Below are positions 52,333 through 62,032 of a stretch of 64,000 bases of DNA, one piece after another. Each line of letters begins with the position of its first letter. The stretch's first letter is position 1. The translations under genes and the position numbers were made by a program. Source of the stretch: Dehalococcoidia bacterium (GTDB lineage Bacteria > Chloroflexota > Dehalococcoidia > UBA2979). The notes below the pieces were generated by a model that saw only the letters and a program-made list of their open reading frames with translations, searched no databases and was not told the DNA's origin. Location: the NCBI GenBank assembly GCA_041674525.1, contig JBAYVN010000003.1, positions 202-64,201 of the forward strand, read 5' to 3'.

Positions 52333-54189
52333 ATGGCTGACGCCGGAGCGTTCCACTTCTCACCGCGGCCGAACCGGGCCGCCGATGTCCCGTGGCAGGA
52401 ATGGGGGCCGGAGGCCTTCGCACGCGCGCGCCGCGAGGATCTTCCCGCGCTGCTCTCGATCTCCGGGACGTGGTGCCACTGGTGCCACGTCATGGACGAG
52501 ACGACGTACTCCGATCAGCGCGTGATCGACCTGATCGCCCGCCGCTTCCTGCCGATCCGCGTGGACACGGACGAGCGGCCGGACGTGAACGCGCGCTACA
52601 ACGCCGGCGGCTGGCCCACAACCGCCTTCCTCACGCCCGACGGCGACGTCATCACCAGCGCCACCTACCTCGACCCTGAGCAGATGCTGGAGGCGCTGCA
52701 CGGCGTCCAGGAATCGTGGCTCGTGAGGCGCGATGGACTCACGCGCGAGATCGAGGCCGCCCGCGCCACGCGTGCCGCCGAGCGCGCCGCCGCGGCCGGG
52801 CGTCGCACCGCGGGCATGCTCACCCCCTCGATCCTCGATGTCGCGCTCGAGGTCCTCGACGCCGCGTACGACGCCGCGAATGGCGGCTTCCGCGAGGGTG
52901 CCGCCGACTCGCGGGCGGTCGCCCCGGAGACGCGCGCGCTGCTGCGCTTCCCCCACTCCGACGCCCTGCGCCTGTGGCGGTACGCGCACCACCGGCGCGG
53001 CACTCCCGGGGTGCTGGACCGTGCCGCATTCGTCCTGGACCGCATGATCGCGGGAGGCCTGTACGACGCGATCGACGGCGGGTTCTATCGCTACGCGACG
53101 CGGCCCGACTGGTCACGCCCGCACGTCGAGAAGCTCGCCGCGGACCAGGGCGCGCTGCTGCTCGCCATCGCCGAGATCGCGATCTCGAGCGAGGAGGCGC
53201 GCGATCGCCTCACGGACGCGGCGGAGCGGACAGTCACGTACATCGGCCGCACGCTGGTCAACTCGCTGGGCGGGATCCTCCACTCGCAGGACGCAGACGA
53301 GCGGTACGCCGCGCTGGATGCCGAGGCCCGTGCCGCGGCGATCCCGCCCGCCGTCGACCGGCGCGTCTTCACCGCGTCGTGCGCGATCGCCGCGCGCGGG
53401 CTGATCGCCTGCGGCGTCGCGTGGGATCGCCGCGACTGGACCGAGCGCGGGCTGCGCGCGGTCGACTTCCTCGCGGCGCACATGCGTGGCGGCGAGGCGG
53501 GGATGTACCACGTGTGGGACGGTGGCGCGGGCGGCCTCGGACTGCTCGCCGACCAGGCGCACGCGATGCTCGCGTTCCTGCACGCGTACGAGGTCACCGG
53601 GCTGGAGAGCTACCTGGACGCGGCGCGCGCGCTCGCGCGGGCGCTGGAGCGCGGCTGGCGCGAGCCCGGGCGCGGATTCTGGGACACCGCCGAGGGGCAC
53701 GACGTCACGGCGCTCCTCGAGGAGCCGGTGATGCCGATCGCGGAGAACGTGGCGGCCGCGGAGGCCTTCCTCTGGCTCGGCCGCCTGACGCACGACGAGC
53801 GCCACCTGCAGACCGCGCTGGAGACGCTCGGCGCCTTCGCGACCGGCCTCGAGGCGCACGGGCTGGCGATCGCCGACTTCGCGCGCGTCGTGGACCGGCT
53901 GCTGACCGCGGAGCCGGAGCTGAAGATCGTCTCGGAGTGGCCCGCCGGCGAGCCGGACCGGGTCGCCGATCCGCTGTTCCGCGAGGCCCTGCGCCTGCCG
54001 CTGGCCGCCCGCACCGTGCAGCGACTGTCCTACCCGCAGGACGACCTGCTGATGCGCCAGCTGGGCCTGCCGCTGGATCGCACGCGCGTGGCCTACGTCT
54101 GCGTGGGGTCCGTCTGCTCGGCGCCGGTGACGCAGCCCGAAGCGCTGCGGAACGCGGTCGAGCAGGCTGCTGCTGCGCCGGCGTGGTAG
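52333..54189 (+). CDS. thioredoxin-domain (DUF255/YyaL) protein with (alpha/alpha)6-barrel C-terminal domain
   Basis: FHFSPRPNRAADVPWQEWGPEAF..A..ED.P.LLSISGTWCHWCHVM is the canonical DUF255 N-terminus. Possible starts are ATG 52333, ATG 52309 or GTG 52306. Confidence 0.8.
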   Translation: MADAGAFHFSPRPNRAADVPWQEWGPEAFARARREDLPALLSISGTWCHWCHVMDETTYSDQRVIDLIARRFLPIRVDTDERPDVNARYNAGGWPTTAFLTPDGDVITSATYLDPEQMLEALHGVQESWLVRRDGLTREIEAARATRAAERAAAAGRRTAGMLTPSILDVALEVLDAAYDAANGGFREGAADSRAVAPETRALLRFPHSDALRLWRYAHHRRGTPGVLDRAAFVLDRMIAGGLYDAIDGGFYRYATRPDWSRPHVEKLAADQGALLLAIAEIAISSEEARDRLTDAAERTVTYIGRTLVNSLGGILHSQDADERYAALDAEARAAAIPPAVDRRVFTASCAIAARGLIACGVAWDRRDWTERGLRAVDFLAAHMRGGEAGMYHVWDGGAGGLGLLADQAHAMLAFLHAYEVTGLESYLDAARALARALERGWREPGRGFWDTAEGHDVTALLEEPVMPIAENVAAAEAFLWLGRLTHDERHLQTALETLGAFATGLEAHGLAIADFARVVDRLLTAEPELKIVSEWPAGEPDRVADPLFREALRLPLAARTVQRLSYPQDDLLMRQLGLPLDRTRVAYVCVGSVCSAPVTQPEALRNAVEQAAAAPAW

Positions 54190-54205
54190 CCCGCGGCCGG
54201 GCCGG

Positions 54206-54736
54206 CTAAGGCTCCGCGAGCCCGGTGACCTGTGGCCGGCCGGGGGGGCGCAGCGCGTCGTGCACGCGCTGGATGCGCCACATGGCGTCCAGGTCGCGCT
54301 CGTTCATCTCCTGCACCCACTGCATCACGGGCACCTCGCCGCGGAAGGGGTGGATGCCGACGTGATTCCACGAGGTGCCGGCGCTCTCCAGCAGCCACAC
54401 CGTCTCGTCGCGCAGCGTCGCGAAGTCCCACAGCAGATCGGCGGGGTCGGCCCGGCGGTAGGCACCGTCCTGCACCTGCGCGATCGCGCGGCGCTCCCCG
54501 ATCCGCGATCCATCCACGCGCAGCATCGCCTCCAGCGCGCGGAGATCCTCGCGTTCGCTGTCGCGGAGGTAGCCGATGATCTCGGTGACGCTCCACTCCT
54601 CGTCAGGGGCTACGCGAGCGAGATCGCGCTCGTCCATGCGCGAGGCGAGGCGGGTGATGCGGTGCCCGATCTCCCGCAGCGCCTTGACCAGGTACCGGCG
54701 GCGATCTCCGTACTGGGCGTTGAGGTACTGAGGCAT
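54206..54736 (-). CDS. DinB family protein
   Basis: ATG 54736 (the track ORF starts at 54775). Contains EWSVTEIIGYLRDSE...HP..G..PVMQWV....RDLDAMWRI. Confidence 0.6.
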   Translation of the reverse strand: MPQYLNAQYGDRRRYLVKALREIGHRITRLASRMDERDLARVAPDEEWSVTEIIGYLRDSEREDLRALEAMLRVDGSRIGERRAIAQVQDGAYRRADPADLLWDFATLRDETVWLLESAGTSWNHVGIHPFRGEVPVMQWVQEMNERDLDAMWRIQRVHDALRPPGRPQVTGLAEP

Positions 54737-54870
54737 CGTGCGCCCATCGTGGCACAGCGTTCCGGTGTTGCCCATCGCCCGCGCCAGAATTTCCAGCGCT
54801 CAGGCGGCAGAATTGCGCGCCGCCCGGCAACGCCGTTGACCGAGGGATGCACGGCGCTGACGATGGCCGG

Positions 54871-55704
54871 ATGAGCGCCGCCTCCCTCCCGTACACGGTC
54901 CTCGTCCTGCTCGTCGAGATCGCCGTGGGCGGGCTGGCGATGGTCACCGTCTTCGATGCGCGGCGGCAGGTGACGCCCGGCTACGTGAAGGCCGGCGCCC
55001 TGACCGTGCTCCCCCTGGCGCTGCTCGCCGGGTGGACGTACCTCAGCCTCGCACGCGCGGACGAGATCGAGGGATACCCCCTGGCGTCCACCTGGTTCCG
55101 CCCGCTCGGCATCGCGCTTGCGACGTTCGTGGTGGTCGACGCCGCGCACACCGTCGCCGCGATGGTCGAGCACCACCGGCTCGCGGTCGCGCTCGGCGCG
55201 GTGGGGAGCGCGGCCGGTTGCGGCGCGCTCCTCGTGCTCGCGGCGCTGCTCGGCGCCCCGGCGTGGTCGCTGCCCGGGATGCTGCTGAGCCTGCTCGCCG
55301 CGTCCGCCGTGCTCGGCTCCGCGCTGATGGCGATGATGTGGGGGCACTGGTACCTGACCTCCGGCCGCCTCCCCAAGGAGCCGATGGAGCAGATGGCGCT
55401 GGTGCTGCTGGTGGCGCTGATGCTGCAGGTCCTGTCGTTCGCCCTCGGAGTGGTGCTTCCGCCGCGCGCGGTGCCCGAGGGGGCCGGGGCGCTCGGCGTC
55501 GCGCTGGGGGCGAACCCGGCGTTCTGGCTGCGCGCCGGCGTCGGCCTCGCCTTCCCGCTGGTGGTGGCCGCGCTCGCGTGGAAGGCCGCCACCATCCGCG
55601 GGATGATGTCGGCCACGGGCCTCCTCTACATCGCCCTGGGCCTGCTGCTCGCGGGCGAGGTGCTCGCGCGGGGCCTGCTCTTCACGACCGGATCGGTGGT
55701 CTAG
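54871..55704 (+). CDS. polytopic membrane protein, DmsC/YnfH-like (tentative)
   Basis: About 8 hydrophobic spans. The C-terminus LLLAGEVLARGLLF resembles the E. coli DmsC ending LLLAGELIGRGVFY. No DmsA/DmsB partner is in the window. Start uncertain (54847 or 54871). Confidence 0.4.
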   Translation: MSAASLPYTVLVLLVEIAVGGLAMVTVFDARRQVTPGYVKAGALTVLPLALLAGWTYLSLARADEIEGYPLASTWFRPLGIALATFVVVDAAHTVAAMVEHHRLAVALGAVGSAAGCGALLVLAALLGAPAWSLPGMLLSLLAASAVLGSALMAMMWGHWYLTSGRLPKEPMEQMALVLLVALMLQVLSFALGVVLPPRAVPEGAGALGVALGANPAFWLRAGVGLAFPLVVAALAWKAATIRGMMSATGLLYIALGLLLAGEVLARGLLFTTGSVV

Positions 55705-55823
55705 CCGCACCCCGTTTCCGGCAGGATTCGCGTACTTCGTGCTCGCGGGCACACATAAATGGTGCGGCATCCTTATCATTGGCGTCAGCGGTCCATCACC
55801 TGCGCTCCCCGCGGAGGGTCTTC

Positions 55824-56540
55824 ATGGTCGATGCGCCTCTCCCGTCCCCCGATCCCGCGATGGGTGGTGCGGCGGCGTCCTCGCGAATCCGTGCGGGCGC
55901 GCGAGACGTATCGAAGAGTGGCAGGCGATCGAGTCCGCGCGCGAACGCGACGACGGCGACTGACGCCGAGCTGATGGCCGCCATCGGGACTGGCGATCTC
56001 GCCGCGCTGGAGTCGCTCTACGACCGCTACTCCACGCTGGTGTACTCCGTCAGCCTGCGGGTGCTGCGCGACACGCACCTCGCCGAGGACGTCGTGCAGG
56101 AGGTGTTCCTCCGCCTGTGGCGGCAGCCCTCCTCGTACGACCCCGCGCGAGGGCGGTTCATCAGCTGGCTGATGTCCGTCACGCGCAACCGCTCGCTGGA
56201 CGAGCTGCGGCGGGTGACGCGGCGCATGCGATCCGAGGAGGCGGAGGACGACGACCGGGGGCACGAGATCGCGGCGGTCGGGCATCTGGACGATCCCCAG
56301 GTCGAGCTGACCATGGCGGAGGTGCGCACCGCCGTCCGCGCGGCCATGACGAGGCTGCCCCCGGCGCAGCGACAGGTGATCGAGTTGGCGTACTTCGAGG
56401 GCCTCACGCACGTGGAGATCGCCGGGCGCACGGGTGACCCGCTGGGAACCGTGAAGACGCGCGTCCGCCTGGGGATGCGCAAGCTCCGCGAATCGCTGGC
56501 CGAGTTCGCGGGGTGGGAAGCAGATCGGGGCATGCGGTGA
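55824..56540 (+). CDS. ECF-type RNA polymerase sigma factor
   Basis: ATG 55824 lies 5 nt after GGAGGG. Region 2 is AEDVVQEVFLRLWRQ...FISWLMSVTRNRSLDELRR and region 4 is LPPAQRQVIELAYFEGLTHVEIAGRTGDPLGTVKTRVRLGMRKLR. Confidence 0.85.
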   Translation: MVDAPLPSPDPAMGGAAASSRIRAGARDVSKSGRRSSPRANATTATDAELMAAIGTGDLAALESLYDRYSTLVYSVSLRVLRDTHLAEDVVQEVFLRLWRQPSSYDPARGRFISWLMSVTRNRSLDELRRVTRRMRSEEAEDDDRGHEIAAVGHLDDPQVELTMAEVRTAVRAAMTRLPPAQRQVIELAYFEGLTHVEIAGRTGDPLGTVKTRVRLGMRKLRESLAEFAGWEADRGMR

Positions 56541-57385
56541 CGCCGGAAGAGCGCGAGGAACTGCTGGCGAGCCACGCGCTCGGCACGCTCAGCGCGCCCG
56601 ACGCCGCCGATGCCGAGCGCCTGATGCGGAGCGATAGCGACGCGGCCGCGCAGTACCACGCGTACCGCGAGATCGCGGACCTGATCGCGCTCTCCGCCCC
56701 GCTGCGGCGCGCCGAGCCCGCGCTGCGGGCACGCGTTATCGCGGCCGCTCGCCGCAGCCGATCGCGGCGGCCTCGGTTCTCCACGCGGCAGCTCCCGGTG
56801 CTCGCGCTGGCGGCGGCGCTCGCCCTCGTCACGATCTGGGCCGCGACGCTCCAGTTCTCGCTCGCCCAGTTGCGGGACCAGACCTCGTCGCTGAGCGCGG
56901 TCGTCGAGTCGGACGCGAAGCGCCTCGATCGGCTGGCGGGCGCGGCCAGCGGGGTGCAGGAGGCGCGCACGCTGAGCCTGCAGCTGAACTCCGCGCTCAA
57001 GGACGAGCAGGCGGTCCAAGCGGTCCAGGCCGATCCGAAGGCCGTGGTCACCGCCCTGGAGCCCACCCCGGCCAGCCACGGCGCCGCCGGTGCATACATG
57101 TCCAGCGAGGCGGCCGGCGCGAGCGTGATCCTGCTGCGCAACCTCCCCACGCTTCCGCTGGGTGGTGCCTACCGCGTGTGGCTCGAGGATCCGCTGTCGC
57201 AGCTCACGCTGGCGGCGTCATTCGTTCCGGACAGCGAGATGGGCGCCCGCGTGGCGTTGCAACGCGACGTGCGTCTGGAGGCGGTGCGCATCTACGTCGT
57301 GGCCACGAGCCGCGCCGACGACCCTTCCGCCACCGGCCCGGTGGTGCTGATGGCGACGCTCCCGAAGCGCGCCACCACGCCGTAA
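56537..57385 (+). CDS. anti-sigma factor (RskA-like, single-pass membrane)
   Basis: GTG 56537 overlaps the sigma-factor TGA (GTGA). N-terminal EELLASHALGTLS, a central TM span (LPVLALAAALALVTIWAA), and a C-terminal GAYRVWL block as in RskA. Confidence 0.7.
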   Translation: MTPEEREELLASHALGTLSAPDAADAERLMRSDSDAAAQYHAYREIADLIALSAPLRRAEPALRARVIAAARRSRSRRPRFSTRQLPVLALAAALALVTIWAATLQFSLAQLRDQTSSLSAVVESDAKRLDRLAGAASGVQEARTLSLQLNSALKDEQAVQAVQADPKAVVTALEPTPASHGAAGAYMSSEAAGASVILLRNLPTLPLGGAYRVWLEDPLSQLTLAASFVPDSEMGARVALQRDVRLEAVRIYVVATSRADDPSATGPVVLMATLPKRATTP

Positions 57386-57461
57386 CCGCCCAACGGAGCG
57401 CCCCAACAGCCCGGAAGAGCGCCTCCACAGGCCGCAGCCGTGCCGCGGGAGCAAGTGAGCG

Positions 57462-58616
57462 CTAGCGGACCGCCTCGATCGGCTCGGCAACCGCCTCGGG
57501 GACCGACTTCCGCCGGACCAGGTGGCTCTCCGCGAACGACTCCTCCGGCGTGAACCCGCGCAGCCGCCGGTCGAGGTACCAGAACTCCTCGCGCAGGATC
57601 GCGGTGACCGGGACGACGGTGACCAGGCCGATGAATCCCCAGACGGCGCCGCCGATCACCAGCAGCAGGATCACCATCGCGGGGTGCATGTCCAGCGCCT
57701 CGCCCTGGATGCGGGGGACCAGGAGGTTGTTCTCCAACTGCTGCACCATGAAGTAGGCCAGCGCGACCCACGGCAGCATGCTCGGGTTCGTGGCGGCGAT
57801 CAGGATGAGCCCCGGGATCGCCCCCAGCCACGGCCCGATGATCGGAATCAGCTCGGTCACGCCGGCCCACACGCCGAGGCCCAGCGACAGGTCGACCCCC
57901 AGCAGCGCCATCAGCACGCCCACCGCCAGGCCCACCACCACGCCGAGGAAGATCTGCGCGCGCAGGTATCGCCCCAGCAGGCGGTCGGCCAGCGTCAGCA
58001 TCATGCGCACGTCCTCGCGAACCTCCGCGGGCGCTGCGCCCACCACGGTCCGCCCGAGGTGCCGGTCGCGCATCGCGTAGAACATGAAGAACGGCACGAC
58101 CACGAAGCCGAACAGGAAGCCCAGGGTGCTGGTGACCGTCGCCACCGTGCCCTGCACCGCGCGGCCGAGCAGGGCCGCCAGCATGGACGTCCCCTGCTCG
58201 GCGAGCCTGCCGAGGCGGTCCTGGATCTCCGGTGGCGTGCGCCGCTGGTACTCGTGCAGCAGGCCCACGGTCTGCTCCCGCGCGGCATCGGTGATCGCGG
58301 GCAACTGGTCGATGAAGTGCGCGACCTGCTCGACGGCGACCGGAACCAGGGTGACCGCGAGCGCGGAGAGCGCGCCGAAGAACACGAGGTAGATCAGTAG
58401 CACCACGAGGCCTCGACGCCACGACTCGTGATTTGGCTGCTTCAGGGGGATCAGCCACAGCAGCCGGTCGACCAGCGGGGCGAGGGCGTACGAGATCAGC
58501 GCCCCGATCGCGAAGGGGATCAGCGCATAGAGCGCCTGGAAGGCGATCACGCAGACGAATGCCGAGGTTCCGACCCAGAGTGCCAACCGTGCGCGTGGTG
58601 CGATCATGAGACGCAT
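57462..58616 (-). CDS. AI-2E family transporter (PerM/UPF0118)
   Basis: 384-aa polytopic ORF with the family block GVTELIPIIGPWLGAIP and ...NNLLVPRIQG. Confidence 0.85.
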   Translation of the reverse strand: MRLMIAPRARLALWVGTSAFVCVIAFQALYALIPFAIGALISYALAPLVDRLLWLIPLKQPNHESWRRGLVVLLIYLVFFGALSALAVTLVPVAVEQVAHFIDQLPAITDAAREQTVGLLHEYQRRTPPEIQDRLGRLAEQGTSMLAALLGRAVQGTVATVTSTLGFLFGFVVVPFFMFYAMRDRHLGRTVVGAAPAEVREDVRMMLTLADRLLGRYLRAQIFLGVVVGLAVGVLMALLGVDLSLGLGVWAGVTELIPIIGPWLGAIPGLILIAATNPSMLPWVALAYFMVQQLENNLLVPRIQGEALDMHPAMVILLLVIGGAVWGFIGLVTVVPVTAILREEFWYLDRRLRGFTPEESFAESHLVRRKSVPEAVAEPIEAVR

Positions 58617-58672
58617 TCTGCCTGTTCTCCCCCTTCGTTGACAGGCCCCGGCGTTCGCCTGACGATCGGTTC

Positions 58673-59116
58673 ATGGCGACCCAGAGCTCCGAGACCACTG
58701 AGAGCACCGAGAGCATCGAGCGCACGCTCGCCAGCGGAGGCTTCCGCCTGACCGGGCCCCGGCGCGCCCTGGTGGAGGTCATGCAGGCTCTCGGAGGCCG
58801 CTTCTCCGCCGACGACGTCGTCGAGGCGGCCCCCGGGGTGGGGCGCGCCACCGTCTTCCGCACCCTGCGGCTGCTCCAGGACCTCGGCATCGTGTGCCAG
58901 GTCGTCCTGGACGACGGCGCGGTCGCCTACCGGCTGGCGTCCGGGGGGCACCACCACCACCTGGTCTGCTCCGAGTGCGGCGTCGTCAGCGACTTCTCGT
59001 CGGGCGACCTCGAGGGGCTGCTGGACGACATCGCGCGGCGCACCGGGTACCAGGTGGACGCGCACCGGCTGGAGGTCTACGGCCTCTGCCCGGCCTGTCG
59101 CGCGCTCGGCGCGTAG
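58673..59116 (+). CDS. Fur family transcriptional regulator (likely Zur)
   Basis: 147-aa ORF. Contains GFRLTGPRRALVEVM, RATVFRTLRLL, HHHHLVCSECG and the C-terminal CPAC. Lies directly upstream of a metal ABC transporter. Confidence 0.8.
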   Translation: MATQSSETTESTESIERTLASGGFRLTGPRRALVEVMQALGGRFSADDVVEAAPGVGRATVFRTLRLLQDLGIVCQVVLDDGAVAYRLASGGHHHHLVCSECGVVSDFSSGDLEGLLDDIARRTGYQVDAHRLEVYGLCPACRALGA

Positions 59117-59221
59117 TTCCCGCCCCGCTCGCTCCACGTTCCGGTCGCTCTCCCCCGCGCCCTGCCCGCTCGCGCCCGCTCGACCCGCCCTCTCGACCGT
59201 CCTCTTGATCCGCCTTGCAGA

Positions 59222-59273
59222 TGAGACATGGAATCAGTATGCTCGCACCTAATTGAGACGCCGGCTCAGTATG
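59222..59273 (+). promoter_or_regulatory. two direct copies of TGAGAC-N6-TCAGTATG between the Fur-family gene and the metal ABC operon
   Basis: TGAGACatggaaTCAGTATG at 59222-59241 and TGAGACgccggcTCAGTATG at 59254-59273, 32 nt apart, ending 29 nt before the ATG at 59302. The function is inferred only. Confidence 0.3.
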
Positions 59274-59301
59274 GTGCCGGCCCGCGGAAGGAACATTGTT
59301 C

Positions 59302-60246
59302 ATGCGCAGCGTCCTCCACGCCCTGGCAACCGCCGCCGCCGCGGCCGGCGCACTGGTGATCCTCGCGGCCTGTGGCGGGGGCGGCGCTGGCAACGGACGC
59401 ATGCACGTGGTCGCGACGACCACCATCCTCGCCGACTTCGCGAGGCAGGTGGCAGGCCCGGATGCCGACGTGTCGGCGCTCATCCCGCCGGGAGTGGATG
59501 TGCACTCGTTCGAGCCGGCTCCATCCGTGGCGAAGGACATCGCCCGGGCGAACGTGATCGTCGTCAACGGCTATCACCTGGAGGAGGGCCTGCTCAGCGT
59601 CGTCGCGGAGAACCGCTCGAAGCAGGCGACGGTGGTGGTCGCCGCGAAGGGCCTGCAGGCCCGGGCCGCCGTCGAGGAGCACGAAGACGAGCCCGAGCCT
59701 CCGGAGGACCTCGACCCGCTCGCCACCGCCGAGGGCGACCCGCACCTCTGGCTCTCCGTCGCGGGCGCACAGCGGTACGTCGAGAACATACGCGACGGGC
59801 TCGCCGCCGCCGATCCATCGCACGCGGACGGCTACCGGGCACGCGCCGCGGCGTACCTCGAGTCGCTCCGGGCGCTGGACGCCGAGATCCGGGCGACGGT
59901 CGCGCAGGTTCCGGCGGACCGCCGGCAACTCGTCGTGTTCCACGACGCGTACGGATACTTCGCGGAGGCGTACGGGTTCACGCTCACCGCCTCCGTGCTG
60001 CCGACCAGCGCGAACCAGCAGGTCAGTGCGCAGAAGATCGCGGCCGTCATCGATCTGGTGAAGCGCGGGGGCGTGAAGGCCGTGTACCGCGAGCCCGAGT
60101 TCGACGCGCAGGTCCTGGACGCGGTGGCGCGGGAGACCGGTGCGCGCGTGCTGACGCTCTACTCGATCTACGCCGGTCCGGTGACCGACTACCCATCGAT
60201 GATGCGGGCGAACGCCGCCGCCCTCGTCGATGGGCTGGCTCACTAG
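59302..60246 (+). CDS. metal (Zn/Mn) ABC transporter substrate-binding lipoprotein (ZnuA/TroA family)
   Basis: Lipobox VILAAC. Family blocks VVATTTILADF, DVHSFEP, DPHLW and FHDAYGYF, plus an acidic loop EEHEDEPEPPEDLD. Confidence 0.85.
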   Translation: MRSVLHALATAAAAAGALVILAACGGGGAGNGRMHVVATTTILADFARQVAGPDADVSALIPPGVDVHSFEPAPSVAKDIARANVIVVNGYHLEEGLLSVVAENRSKQATVVVAAKGLQARAAVEEHEDEPEPPEDLDPLATAEGDPHLWLSVAGAQRYVENIRDGLAAADPSHADGYRARAAAYLESLRALDAEIRATVAQVPADRRQLVVFHDAYGYFAEAYGFTLTASVLPTSANQQVSAQKIAAVIDLVKRGGVKAVYREPEFDAQVLDAVARETGARVLTLYSIYAGPVTDYPSMMRANAAALVDGLAH

Positions 60247-60298
60247 CGCGCGCGCGGCGTTACACTGCGACCCTGCACCACCGCGGACGGGAGCGATC

Positions 60299-61168
60299 AT
60301 GGCGCGTGACGCACTGACGGCCCCGTCCGGCCATGTCCCCGCGCGCGAGCCGCTGGCGCCGCAGCATCCCCACGCCGCGTACGCGCTGGAGGTGCGCGGC
60401 CTCACGGCGGGGTATGACGGCGCCCCGCCAGCCATCGAGGGGATCACGTTTCGCGTGCCGGTCGGCGAGCTGATGGGGCTGATCGGGCCGAACGGCGCCG
60501 GGAAGTCCACGCTCTTCAAGTCGATCATGGGCCTGCTGCACCCGACGGCGGGCGAGGCGCTCGCCTTCGGACGGCCCGTGCGCGAGGCGCGCGCGGAGAT
60601 CGCCTACATGCCGCAGATCGAGGAGGTGGACTGGGCGTTCCCCGTCTCCGTCTTCGATGTGGTGGTGATGGGACGCTACCGGGGCTTCCGGCCGTTCGGC
60701 CGCTGGACGGCCGCGGATCGCGAGGCGGCGATGGCCGCGATCGAGCGCGTGGGCCTCGTGCCCTTCGCGAAGCGGCATGCCGGTGCGCTCTCCGGGGGCC
60801 AGCGGCGGCGCGTGCTGATGGCGCGTTCGATCGCGCGAGGGGCGCGGCTGCTGCTGCTGGACGAGCCGTTCGCGGGCCTGGACGCCGGCGTGCAGCACGA
60901 CCTGCTCGAGGTCCTCGACGGCCTCGCACACGAGGGACGGAGCGTGCTGATCGCCACCCACGACCTCTCGTGCGTGGCGTCCTCCTGCGACGAGGCGGTG
61001 TGCCTCAACCGCCGCATCATCGCGGCGGGGCCCACCGCCGAGGTGCTCACGGAGCGCGTGCTGGCGGAGACGTTCCAGCGGCACCTGCTCGCCATCCCCA
61101 GCGTTGGCGACCTGATCCGCGTCGCCACGGATGAGCACGTTCCCGCGGAGGGGAGGGACGAGCCGTGA
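60299..61168 (+). CDS. metal ABC transporter ATP-binding protein (ZnuC-like)
   Basis: ATG 60299 follows GGGAG. Walker A GPNGAGKST, signature LSGGQRRR, Walker B LLLLDEP. Confidence 0.85.
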   Translation: MARDALTAPSGHVPAREPLAPQHPHAAYALEVRGLTAGYDGAPPAIEGITFRVPVGELMGLIGPNGAGKSTLFKSIMGLLHPTAGEALAFGRPVREARAEIAYMPQIEEVDWAFPVSVFDVVVMGRYRGFRPFGRWTAADREAAMAAIERVGLVPFAKRHAGALSGGQRRRVLMARSIARGARLLLLDEPFAGLDAGVQHDLLEVLDGLAHEGRSVLIATHDLSCVASSCDEAVCLNRRIIAAGPTAEVLTERVLAETFQRHLLAIPSVGDLIRVATDEHVPAEGRDEP

Positions 61169-62004
61169 TCGACTGGTTGCTCGAGCCCTACTCGTTCGCG
61201 TTCATGCAGCGCGCCCTGCTGGCACTTGTGCTGGTCAGCGTCGTGGGCGGCGTGGTGGGCGCGTTCGTGGTGCACAAGGGGCTGGCGTTCTCCGGCGACG
61301 CGCTGGCGCACTCCACGCTCGCGGGCGTAGCGGTCGCGTTCGCCAGCGGCGGCAACGTCAGCCTCGGCGCGCTCGTGGCCGCCGTGGCGACGGCGCTCGG
61401 CATCGGCTGGACGCGCGAGCGCGCGCGCGTCTCGTACGACACGGCGATCGGGATCACGTTCGTCGCGATGTTCGCGTTCGGCATCCTGCTGATCTCGCGC
61501 CGCACCGCCTACACCCCCGACCTGCTCTCCTTCGTCTTCGGCAACATCCTGGGCGTCTCCGCGAGCGACCTGGTGGGCGCGAGCGTGCTGGCGGCCGCGC
61601 TGCTGGTATTCGTGGCGGCCACGTACCGTGAGCAGCTGCTGGTGGCGTACGACCCCGCGATGGCCTCGGCGGCGAGCGTGGCGACGCGGCTGTTCCAGTA
61701 CGCGCTGCTGGTGATGATCGCCGTCGCAGTCGTGGTGGCGCTGAAGGCGATCGGGATCGTGCTGGTGAATGCGATGCTGATCATCCCCGCGGCCACGGCA
61801 TCATTGCTGGTGCGGCGGCTGCCCACCGTGATGCTCGCCGCCGTCGGCTTCGCGATGCTCGCGTCCGTGATCGGCCTGGAGGTCTCGTTCCACGCCGACG
61901 TGGCGGCGAGCGCGGCGATCGTGCTGACGGCAGCCGCGATCTTCCTCGGCACGCTCGGTGTGGTGAGCTGGACCCGCCGTTCCGCGCGGGTCGCGTCCGC
62001 CTGA
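61165..62004 (+). CDS. metal ABC transporter permease (ZnuB-like)
   Basis: 279-aa polytopic ORF. GTG overlaps the upstream TGA. FMQRALLA...GDALAHSTLAG is typical of ABC-3 permeases. Confidence 0.85.
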   Translation: MIDWLLEPYSFAFMQRALLALVLVSVVGGVVGAFVVHKGLAFSGDALAHSTLAGVAVAFASGGNVSLGALVAAVATALGIGWTRERARVSYDTAIGITFVAMFAFGILLISRRTAYTPDLLSFVFGNILGVSASDLVGASVLAAALLVFVAATYREQLLVAYDPAMASAASVATRLFQYALLVMIAVAVVVALKAIGIVLVNAMLIIPAATASLLVRRLPTVMLAAVGFAMLASVIGLEVSFHADVAASAAIVLTAAAIFLGTLGVVSWTRRSARVASA

Positions 62005-62032
62005 CCCCTTCGCCCGCTTGCCCGGCGCCGGG

